Part shown: positions 48,606-60,134 of the stretch, piece by piece
Position numbering within the stretch: position 1 is the stretch's first letter
Layout of the letters: each line of letters opens with the position of its first letter
Origin: Saccostrea cucullata
Lineage: Eukaryota
Direction: 5' to 3'
NCBI RefSeq assembly: GCF_032062105.1
Contig: NW_026939884.1
Location: 682,001 to 746,000, forward strand
Length of the DNA: 64,000 bases
The notes under the pieces: model-generated
Told to the model about the DNA's origin: nothing
The model's input: the letters and a program-made list of their open reading frames with translations, nothing else
Database searches by the model: none
Position numbers and translations under genes: made by a program

Positions 48606-49147
48606 CAGTACGGTCAACGCGGATTAGGCATTAAACCGCGCTCCCCCCGCGGTGTTTTGATCCTTTCCGCGATACACCCCCGCGGTTATTTCATCGCGGT
48701 CCTACCTGTAGCCAGGAATAGACCGTGGCGGTGTGACTTACCGTTGACTGGCACATCGGATTGATCTTACCTGTACGGCCGTATAATATCTATAACTACA
48801 TATTCGTTCTATAAAATTGCAGGTTTTGAGTAAAAAAAAAATTGGTGCAATTAAAAATATCATACAGTGATACTGTACTACCCGAAGAATTTCCAAAAAA
48901 AAAAAAAAATAGCGCATGATTGTTTTCCCAAGTTATTCTGATGTTTGATAATTGTAAGTTTTTAAAACATGTTTAAAAAAAAAATAATAAATCATATTCT
49001 CAGCATAGGCATAAACTTTATTTCTCTAAATCAATGACTATATACCGTGTATCACTTTTACAATGAAACGCATACATGTTTCGATAAATATTCGATGAAT
49101 GGAAGATCTAGATATTCTGAAACATGTTTATAGGCAATGTGCAATAA

Positions 49148-49195
<48 letters not shown>

Positions 49196-51448
49196 TTATT
49201 ATTTTTGTTTTTTTTTAAATCGGCAAAATTCACTTTAAACTGCAGCGCATTTCCGCTTGAAAGCATACTTGTAAGTACGAACAATGTTCATGAGAAAAGC
49301 GTGTTAACTGAAAACACTGAGTAGTAGAAATATTTGTATGCAGTTTAAAGTGTTACTCAATGAACTCTTAATGTGCAAATAAAATAAGAGAAAACTTAAA
49401 AAAAAAAAAATTCCGCATAATAATAGTATACAGATGAAACGGGTGCTTTGTTGTGCATACCGTTGTGCATAATAAATTGATATATCGTCCTTTTGCTATA
49501 CATGCATACATATGTAAAAGAATTAATATTATTTCTACCTCTATAGCCAACCCTGTCAACGTATGGGATTAACTAGACGCAGTGAAATACATGTACATGT
49601 AGCTTGTCGTAATTTTTGAGGGACATGTACACAGTGCATGCATATAGGACAGCGTTAACATTCCTATTTTTTGTATTTGTAGAAGACCAAGCAGATACAG
49701 GGAAAGTCATTTAGATCAGTCTTTTTTTGTGAATCACAATGTAATTTTATTGAAACATACAACCTTATGTTTAAAAAAAGAAAGAAGTTCATGCAGACGG
49801 CAGTAGGGGAATCGGGGGGGGGGGGTGTTATAATCAAGATAATCCACCCGGTTTATGATTTAAACTGTCAAAATGTTGCGAAAATCCAAATCCTTTGTCT
49901 TTCAGAAAGGTGTGAAATTATACCCAGTACAGTGTCACAGTGAGACAGGAAATCCCTCTCCGCTTCAACGCGCACAATACACACGAATCCACCAGTTACT
50001 AAGGAGACCACGATTAGTCCGTGCAGCTACTTGTACAGTTTGTATACATGTACTAGATTGATCGAGGACAAAAAGTTACTTACCAATGCAAAATTAACAT
50101 AAAATATTGTTCCGATATTGTTTGTGGTGTTAATGAATTTCTTTTCAGTAATTTTTTGTTTACGCGATGTAAATAGTCCTCAATAGAATTTTGCAGGAAT
50201 AAGCTTGGTAGTGAATAAATTATTTTCTAAATCACCTTAGCTATTTTCTGAATCAATTCATCTACTGATATTGGGAAAATAACCCCACATTCAAAGTTGT
50301 GATTGTGCTGAGTTTTATGTAAGACACATTAAGTGTCCCAGTAAATAAAGGGAGAAGGGGGGTGATTGTTACATCAAAATTAACTTTTTTAATACACGAA
50401 ATTAATCATGGTAATCTGCATATCTTAAATTTAAATAATCAATTCAAATATGTTTTAAATTATATGATTAATGTAAATGTCATTGTGAAGTATGTGAAAC
50501 ATGTATGACTGATGAAATTTACTGACCCGTTTTAATTTCGGGCACGCACGTGTACACCAGGGGTAGGGCTGATTCAGGGGATCGCACCTTGTCCAGTGTA
50601 CAGCTGTGAGGACCAAGTATGCGTGCCAGGTCTAGCTCTAGACATTATGTAATTTTATTTTATCTTCTACGGATTGGTAGGCCATCAAATTACACACGCA
50701 TACACACCCTACTGATTTCAAGAACATTGCCCCAGAATAAAAGAATGACACTTTACAGACGACTCGGAGAATGCTGATTACATAAAAATCTTCTGCGTAT
50801 TATACTCCTATATTTGAAGATTAATAACTTTAAAACACTTTCATCATTTATAGCCCCAGTGAAAGTGACACTGCGATGAATCGCGCGCGTTTCTTTAATC
50901 AATCCACTATAAGAATTTAAAAAAAAAACGCTACGAAAAATAAAAATTAATATTGAATATCATGAATAACACACGGGGTGTTTTATCTTGCATTGTCGTA
51001 TAGATATATCACATACAGTAATTTATATCGAAAGTTGTGGATCTAAATAGAATGAACACATTTTTAAAAAGTAATTCAAGAATTAGTAAACGCTATTTGA
51101 AAATTGCTTTGATGATTTTTATAATTATTTAGTAAATGAGGGTGTATTTTTTTTGAAAAATTAATTTTTATTTTGTACTTCAAATATTTCAGCTTCTATA
51201 AATTTTAAAATGTCATTAATTTCGTTTTATTTTGTTTTGGTTGATATTTTCTAAGGGAGGTAACTCGCGTTTTAGACCAAGACTGTTTTTCACATGTAAT
51301 CGCTAAGATGCACCGCGACGGTGTGATTTACCTGGATTACTGAAACCGCGGGGGCACGCGGTTTTTACCTGAGACACCTGTACTAACCGCGATGAGATTC
51401 ACACCGCGGGGGTGCGCGGTAAATGCCTAAACCGCGTTGACTGTACTG
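48606..51448. mobile_element. 2.8-kb non-autonomous Tc1/mariner-superfamily (pogo/Tigger-like CAGT ends) element
   Basis: TA|CAGTACGGTCAACGCGG...CCGCGTTGACTGTACTG|TA. The empty site, with a single TA, is visible in the duplicate at ~52661-52680. Confidence 0.88.
49151..49192. repeat. (TC)n microsatellite
   Basis: Directly visible. Confidence 0.98.
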
Positions 51449-52351
51449 TATATGATAAATGACTCTAATTCGAGTATCAAACAAACAATAAAGAGATTAG
51501 TGAACCGGTGAGTGTGAAATCTTTCTATACATGAACGTAAAGACGATCGACGGTTTTTTTTTGCTGACGTCCTTAATCAATAAGACATTCAGTATAATAA
51601 AATAAATGGTGCCTGTTTTGAAAAAGTAACATTTGAAATTGACACCCCAAGGAAAACCATTGTCAACCTCCGCTGACGCGTCGGTTGACAATGGTTTTCC
51701 TTGGGGTGTCAATTTCAAATGTTACCCTCCAAAACAGGCACCATTTATATAATGTCAACTTTCCATTCCATTATGTTAAGTCTTTATGACATTTACACAC
51801 ACTACTATTGCGTTATGTCAACTTTCCATTACATTATGTCAACTCTTTATGACATTTACACACACTACCATTGCATTGCGTCAATCTTCCATTGCATTAT
51901 ATCAGCTTATTATGACATTGATTCAAAACAATTTTACGTGGTGTAAAGATGTTTTTATATAATTTCAACTCATTATTACATTATGTGCACTCTCCACTAT
52001 TTGGTCTAAGTAGTTCATTACATGATGTGAATTTATCTTTAATTCAATATCAAGTCGCAATAACACGATGTCAGAATTTCATTACATGATGTGAAAAAAA
52101 TTGTGACATGTCGCCAATTCTTTACTATATTGTGTCATCAATATGCTACATGACGACGGAAATCTATTACATGATGTCAATTTCCCCTTACTTTTTGACA
52201 AATCATTATTATGTTATTGATTACATTATGTCAACTATTTATGACATTTACACACACTACTATTGCGTTATGTCAACTCTCTATTACATTATGTCAACTC
52301 TTTATGACACTTACACACACTACTATTTCGTTATGTCAACTTTCCATTACA

Positions 52352-52967
52352 TTTTATTATACTTTCATGTTAAATACTAAAATCTGATTGGTTTAGACGC
52401 AGTTAACAATCCGTTCGATTACCCTGAGCCTTAGCAACACACGTGACAACGGGTAACACAACGGTAATGCCACATGCGTGGAAATTATGCGCGTACGGTT
52501 CACCGTAGAATTCTCAAAACGTCAGTTGCGCGTTGGAAAGAACCGGAATTAACTTGACGTCAATAAAAGCTTGCGTCCGATATAGCTTACTTGAAAACAA
52601 CAAACGACAGACGATACATGCTTGCGAGTGTAAGAAACATGCTTGCGAGCCAGAAATAACGAAGCTTTATATGATAAATGACTCTAATTCGAGTATCAAA
52701 CAAACAATAAAGAGATTAGTGAACCGGTGAGTGTGAAATCTTTCTATACATGAACGTAAAGACGATCGACGGTTTTTTTTGCTGACGTCCTTAATCAATA
52801 AGACATTCAGTATAATAAAATAAATGGTGCCTGTTTTGGAGAGTAACATTTGAAACTGACACCCCTCGGAAAACCATTGTCAACCTCCGCTGACGCGTCG
52901 GTTGACAATGGTTTTCCTTGGGGTGTCAATTTCAAATGTTACCCTCCAAAACAGGCACCATTTATAT
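52352..52967 (+). mobile_element. Element with TTATTATAC/GTATAATAA subterminal IR and a terminal 67-bp-arm hairpin (Crypton-like non-autonomous); second, interrupted copy at 48288-51748
   Basis: Begins TTATTATACT..CTGATTGG; ends AGTATAATAA plus a long palindrome ATAAATGGTGCCTGTTTTG...CAAAACAGGCACCATTTAT; no TSD evident. The Crypton assignment rests on structural resemblance only. Confidence 0.55.
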
Positions 52968-54994
52968 AATGTTAAGTTTTTATGACATTTACACACACTA
53001 CTATTGCGTTATGTCAACCTTCTATTACATTATGTCAACTCTTTAAGACATTTACACACACTACTATTGCATTATGTCAACTCTCTATTACATTATGTCA
53101 ACTCTTTATGACATTTACACACACTACTATTGCGTTATGTCAACTTTCCATTCCATTATGTTAAGTCTTTATGACATTTACACACATTACTATTGCGTTA
53201 TGTCAACTTTCCATTCCATTATTTTAAGTCTTTATGACATTTACACACACTACTATTGCGTTATGTCAACTTTCCATTACATTATGTCAACTCTTTATGA
53301 CATTTACACACACTACCATTGCATTGCGTCAATCTTCCATTGCATTATATCAGCTTATTATGACATTGATTCAAAACAATTTTACGTGGTGTAAAGATGT
53401 TTTTATATAATTTCAACTCATTATTACATTATGTGCACTCTCCACTATTTGGTCTAAGTAGTTCATTACATGATGTGAATTTATCTTTAATTCAATATCA
53501 AGTCGCAATAACACGATGTCAGAATTTCATTACATGATGTGAAAAAAATTGTGACATGTCGCCAATTCTTTACTATATTGTGTCATCAATATGCTACATG
53601 ACGACGGAAATCTATTACATGATGTCAATTTCCCCTTACTTTTTGACAAATCATTATTATGTTATGCCATTGTACCTTTACATTGTGTCTAAAATGCTTA
53701 GCCTCTTGTCAGTATATCTTAGAATATTTCAACTCTTTATTGTGTGACGTAAGGTTTAGGTTATGCCTAAAAGTTCGTTTTGTGTTTTCAATATTACATG
53801 CACATATGTTAAACATGCAAATAATTTAAATTAAACATATCAAATATTAAATTATACACAAGACTTAATTAATCCTTAATTAAATATCAGGTTAAATTTA
53901 GAAATAGGATCATGTTCCCCTGGATTCTTTATTGACGATTTTTTTTTAACGTCGAAATTCAATGGTCGTTTAATCTCATAATTATCGCAAATCAAATAGT
54001 ATGTGTCATGCAGCAATATTTTTCTTTTTATTTTGAATTAATTATTAAAGTCCGAAACTTCTGATCTGACTATAAAACACTGTCCTAAGCTTTTTATCAG
54101 TCTTTAACCTTCCTTTAAAAAAAAAAAAAAGTGTAAACACATAGTATTTCATACGTGCACTGGTGGGTCGGTGGGGAGAGGGGGATCCCGCCCTCCCATC
54201 TTTAGTGACCAAAATATGCATGAAATTAATCAATTGATTTTACTTTGTAGGACATTGCATTAGTTTTACATAAAGTATAACTGAAATAAGTTGAAACGTA
54301 ATATATAAACAAATTTAAAGCCTGAGAGCTTCTGGGCTTTCACCCCCTGATCCCCAACTTAGACTCCATATCGTCCCCCAATAGCTACTCCTTTCAAGAA
54401 CCCAAGATCGCCACTGATATGAGCCCATGTTTACTAAGGCATGGTCAATTGATTTAAGTGAGGGGCTGGTAGATTTTTGTAACAGAATTGTGGTCCTGGA
54501 ATGGTTGAAAAATGATTAATTCCAGTGACGTTGCATCGTTTTTGAAAGTTGGGGAAGGTTTGTCAGCCAGAAAAAAAATAAAGTACAAGAAAAAGCAAAA
54601 AAAAAAAAATTAATCTCGAAAATCCTATTTCGGGTGAAAGAGAGGGGGGGGGGGCAACTTCGATCAGTCCTAAAAAAAATCCCAAATATACTACATTACC
54701 CTTATACTTCAGCAAAAAGTGGCTGCTGAATTTCAATGAACATTTTCTACGATAAAGTTATGTCGGAAATAAGAGGAAGTCAGACCCCCCCCCCTCATAT
54801 AATGTGTCTGTAATTCGTCCTAATTAATCAGGACCCCCCCCCCCTCCTTCCTTCCCAGTCGTGAAAACACGATTATCAACTTTGACATAATGTAAATGTA
54901 TTTTACAGCACGTAATGAACATTTGTAATCAACATAATAAAGAATGAACACAATGTAAAGATAGTTTTAAATCACATAAGAAAGAGTTAACATA

Positions 54995-56333
54995 CGAGGG
55001 ACATTCAATAAATAATGTCATCGGGGCTCGGAAAGAAGCAAAAGACGCTTTTTAATTATTTAGTCTTTATGATTTTGATTATTAATCTCTTTTGATTAAA
55101 ATAGATGTTCGTGAAAGTTTTTATTTAATTTCTGATTGTATTTAGAACACACTTTTGGGTATGACCCTTAGTATACTGGAAAATAGCAGATCCAAGGATT
55201 TCCTGGACTTGTTTTTTTCTTTCTGAAAGGTGGTTTTTCAAGTTTGGAAATAGAAACAAGTCAAAAGGTAAAAGATCTAGCGAATATTGTTAATGTGAAA
55301 AAATATTAAGTTTCTTTTTATCCCGAAAACCCCTTTACTCTTCAGGGGTGCAGGGTTTGGACGCTATCATGAAGAAATTTTATGTAGAAGATTCCTGATT
55401 CTAGGTCCTTCCTCTAATAAACCTTTCGATTTTTTTGCAAAAAGATTGCTTTCTAGACTCCTACAAAAATTAAACTGTCTCCCCGAATACGAAATTGAAC
55501 AACAGTACCAATAATATTTAAGAAAATTGCATATAAATCTGTCTTTGTGTTCTTGTATACATTTGCTCTTGTCGGACCATTGTTGTTTTTATCAAGTACA
55601 TCTTATGGTAAATTTTCTATTGAGTGTTTTAATCAATAGATTCATGTTCCATCATCTGTTTGAATATGAAACAAACTTGGATAACTACAGTTACTGATAT
55701 TTTAAAATAATTGTTAAGACATTCCTACACGCTGTCGTTTTCACTCATTTTTTCCAAATATAGGGTGATCTTTGAGTACCAAGCTTTTTTACGGTCAAAC
55801 GTTTCTTAAAAACATTGTAAACTACTCCCGATATGATGTATATCAAATTTGCTATGTGTCTTAAAGTCAGTCATACATCATCAGATATTATTTGTTGAAA
55901 TTGGGCAAATAGTACATAAGTTGTTATAATTTTTGTTGGCAAGACCGGTACCCATTTTTGATGCCCATTATATAATTTGTTATCATTGAAATCCACTTGC
56001 TTATTTGTCTATAAACCAGTCTTTGGTTGATGAAAATGTCACATATTTCAGTGAAAAATTCTTTGGGATTTTTAACACGTTTTACAGCAGCTTTAATGAA
56101 GCTTTTATTTTCACTCTAGTTTGCTGATTCTTTACCATTCATTTATAATGCAGTGTCTCGAATAGCCCTTGTTTCCCAGCTTCTCACGATGAAACTATGT
56201 GATGAAAAGTGGTCACATAAACTGTTATCAATTCATTAAAGATTCAATAATGAGAGAAAGTCTAGCTTAATGTCATATGATTTCTATATTGTATGTCATC
56301 GAGCTAATGACATTATTTATTGAACGTCCCTCG
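54995..56333 (-). mobile_element. Decayed mariner transposon (1.34 kb) with transposase remnants
   Basis: TIR CGAGGGAC(A/G)TTCAATAAATAATGTCAT with TA TSD. Minus-strand remnants: N-terminal HTH-like FIKA..TEICDIF..YRQISKW, KWVP at ~55950, LHD at ~55370, C-terminal FLFPNLKNHLS..LGSAIFQY. Many disablements. Confidence 0.82.
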
Positions 56334-58654
56334 TATTCTTATTAAATATCCACATAAAAGAATGGAGTTTTGACATAATGTAATAAAGTGTTGATATAAT
56401 ATGGAACGCCGGGACTGTCTCCATAATATATGTTCACATTATGTTAAACCCTTTTTACATCACGTAATAAAGCACTGACATAGGGGTAAGATGTACTCAA
56501 CTCACATTGTGATGACCTCGGCGTAAAATAAAGATACATTAACATCACGTAATAATGCTTTGTAATAATAGAAATATACACTCACAATAGGGAATGGACT
56601 TTGACTTAATGTAATGATAAATCTAATCTTAGAACACATGTAAAACGAAATTAACTTGACGTAATGCAATTTTGACCTCACATATTAAAGAAATGAAAAA
56701 ATATAAAGAAACATTCACTTCACGTAATAAAGTTTTAACACAATGTAAACATATTTTCACTTCACATATTGAAGTTTGGTCTTCAAGTTACAAAGTGCCG
56801 ACATATTGGAAGAATGTGTTTACTTCATGTAATGCAGCATTGACATGATGTAAAGATATTTTTACATCACCCCATAAAAAATTGACATAACGTAAAGATA
56901 TGTTCACATAACGTAATAATAGATTGACATAATGAATGCATAGTTTTATGCTATAAGGTAGTGATGGCGTTCCATAGAATGCCATAGTTATATAATGTAG
57001 TATGCTCACATATTGAATTTGTAATCGTTTTTCAATATACTTTAATTAATTTTAATGTGTTCTTCTTTAAGTGTTGTTTTGTTTCTCTACCACCGGTTCT
57101 AAAACTTGCATGTAAAAACACAGTCAATGTATATGCCTAGTTTTTGAATACGATTAACGTCAGCATTCCTCTCAATGATTAAATGCCAAATTTAATTCGA
57201 TTTTCGGCATTAGCATCAGCAAACACCGTTTCTCAGGAATAAATGTTAAAATTGCAGTTAAATCATCGGGAACCCTTCCTAAGAACATCAATAGCTATAC
57301 TACAGGGAGGACTAGCTATTACAGAGTATTTTCTTCCGACGTACAAAAAAAGTTTCCGCGAGTGTCATTATATCGCTAAACTCGTTAAGTCGAGAAGTAA
57401 ACGTTTTATTTCGTTACATGCCATCCCCCGATACGAAATTAGATTACAAAATTGCCTCACGTATCTAGCAAATAAAAAGTAGCTCTTTGGACGTGATAGA
57501 GATGGAAGTAGAGCCCTGTTAGATACAAATCGAGACCTTTCCGAATTATGCGCACAAAATAAATCTTTTCCAGAAAAACTAACGGTTTCAAAAATTTCAT
57601 TTTCTCTCAAATCCTTTAACAACAGGAAGGGGTCATTTCTTTTATACTAATTGAAATACTTATGTATTAAATTGTTTGAATTAAATTATTTTTGAGAAGC
57701 CCTGACCAATAACATGCCATGGATTAATTTGAAGCAAAGAGCTTGAATAAAAATATCTATCCGTTTTCACTCCTATGACGTCAGTTTAAAAATTTAAGAA
57801 AACTATTTACAGCAGTCTGTTTCCCTTTAGTGACCAATGTTATTTTGCTAGACTGATGACGCAGATACAGTTTGAAAGCTTCTTTGTGCATGTTTATCAA
57901 TATCTGGATTCATTTCGATTTATGATAATCTTTGGTCAGTCGTTAGGTTTTGAATTGAAATAAAAATAAGTTATATGTATGATGTGGTTCTCTTTCAAAA
58001 CAAATAAATTTCATTTTCTCCAAGTTAAAAGATTTTTCTAAGACATTTTAACACAAAGACAATGGGTCTACATGTATAAGCTATATATTTCAAAGATTTA
58101 TTGGATAGTACCACGTTTTTATAGTTAATGCAGGTACCTGAATTGAAATTGATCTATTTCATTCAGTAAAAACGAAGTGTATTGAATTCTCGTAAACCCA
58201 GCCTTGGTCGGCTTTCTATAATGATCGACTCCATCATTAATCGATATAGAACCCACTATGTCACAATCTCCCATAAACCAAACATATATACGGACGCCAT
58301 CGGTTGTGACAAACGCAATACGCGTAAACATGCATGACTGAACGGCACTGCATATTTTGTTCTATATTAGTCTTTTATTAATGCCGTTATCGATTCTTAT
58401 GAAAATTCCTGCGAATAAATAATTGAAAATGGAAAAATGTTCTTGTAACGAATCAATATGCATAGAAATATTTTCCAATGGTATTACGTTTGTCTTTCTT
58501 GTGAGAACTCTTTTGTAGAGTGAAAATTATTAAGGTATATGCCTAAAGCGCGAACTTCCGTTTATTGATCGGGCTTGAACATTATTAATCTATCGCTGCT
58601 TGCAATGTTAACTTTAGGGAGACGGCTGTTTTTCAGTGCTATGTCTATTTGTAG

Positions 58655-60134
58655 GAAGACGAGGATTCCATGGCACAAGGGACATCTGGAATAAGAGCAG
58701 AAAAAAGCAAGAAATCGGAGGCCAGGTACAGACAGGAAAAACTGAACTCCAGACTTGTGTCGCCGAGAGAGCACTCGTGTAGTCACGCAGACAAGTCTAC
58801 TGGTGTGGAGGACGATTCGCCAAGTAGCGCTTCCAGGTCTAAAAGTTCCAATTCCAACAATGGAGCGCCTGACATGGGAATAAAAAATATCGTCATGGAT
58901 GATTCGTATATTGTTCAAACAGTTGAAATTAAGAAACGGCCGGGACAAACCCTTGGATTTTACATTCGAGAAGGCAATGGGATCGACCGAAGCGAGGGAG
59001 TTTTCATTTCTAGGATTCAGTTAGGTACTGTGGCAGAGACAAACGGTTTGTTACACATTGGTGATGAAATTTTATCAGTGAATAAGAAAGAGGTAAAGAA
59101 TATGTCTCTTGACGATGTTGTCATTTTGATGTCTATCCCTAAAAAGTTAACATTGAAGATAAGAACGAGAAAGAATGGGAACAAGAACGCGTCTTGTCCT
59201 TCATTAGCTGTGACAGAACAGCAACACCCCCCGGTGGCAGTTGTAAAACGAGGCCGTTCATCCTCTGCTGACGCAGTAGAGGAGACTGAAAAGTGCCCGG
59301 ATATGTTTCCTTTTTATGGGACACCACCCAGCCATGATCATTTTGGTGCTAGACGTTCTCGACCTACCTCATCACAATATGCTAGTATCTTCATATCACC
59401 TCACCGAGCTGAGGCTAAACTCTTATCAGACGACGGGGACAGTGAAAATTCTAGCGAAGGTTCTCTTCCAAGGAGCGTAGACTCTGGTAACAGAGGATAT
59501 TACTATGGTTACAGGGGTTATGTATCAGACAGTGCATATGAACCGACAGGGACCTATACAAGTCCTACATTGTCCCCTAATCATTACGGCAGTCAAAGTG
59601 ATCGGGATTATGCGAGATATATGTATTCAGATGGAGGGCTTCCGAGACGAATGACCCCGCAGACGACCCCAAAATCTCCCGCCAAATCCTTCCATACACA
59701 ACAATATCAACGAAATCAGCCTTGTGGCAATCCTGATTACTACGCTGGTGGTCAGCCCCTTGATTTTCATCGAGGGTATGATACATCTCGTAGGTTTCAG
59801 GGTGGACTGAAAGAAATGATACAATCAAAAACCAAATTCGGTCGACTTCAACGGAGTCACTCGCCAGAGTGTTACAATTCAGACTCAGAGATATTATATA
59901 CTCATGGAGGTGGGGGATATATACCGGTTGATTCTCGGGGCTTTGCCTCGGATTATGAAACTTACGCTAATGCAATTAGTGACGATGACCCTATTTATTC
60001 TATTCCCAAGATCCCGTCCAGTGGGAGTACCGAGCTGGAGGAGTTATTGAAGAAATTTAACACCCTGTCTCAGGAACTCCAGGAAGAACAGAGCAAGCTG
60101 AGTCGTCAGATCTCGTCATCGCGAGACAAAACAG
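58655..60134 (+). CDS. Syd-1/RhoGAP100F (SYDE-family Rho GAP), large PDZ-containing exon
   Basis: ORF contains VQTVEIKKRPGQTLGFYIREGNGIDRSEGVFISRI..GDEILSVN..MSLDDVVILMSIPKKL, the Syd-1-type PDZ domain, then a Ser/Pro-rich region and a coiled coil (ELEELLKKFNTLSQELQEEQSKL). Acceptor TTGTAG| at 58654, in-frame ATG at 58670, donor CAG|GTAATG at 60134 (phase 1). Confidence 0.9.

Larger units (their letters stand above)
48097..56976. mobile_element. 8.9-kb composite non-autonomous DNA transposon with subterminal ~21-bp repeats
   Basis: TIR TATGGAACGCC(G/A)TCACT(G/A)CCTTATAGCA at both ends; 6-bp TSD GAATGC at 48091-48096 and 56977-56982; arrays of ATTACATTATGTCAAC-type repeats in opposite orientation on each side. 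Confidence 0.75.

Noticed and set aside
48098-53747. Tyr/His/Cys-rich ORFs (MSTLYDIYTHYYCV..)
   Set aside because: These are translations of the 21/63-bp subterminal transposon repeats.
58562-59828. Antisense ORFs overlapping the Syd-1 exon
   Set aside because: Shadow ORFs of a long coding exon; no recognisable motifs.
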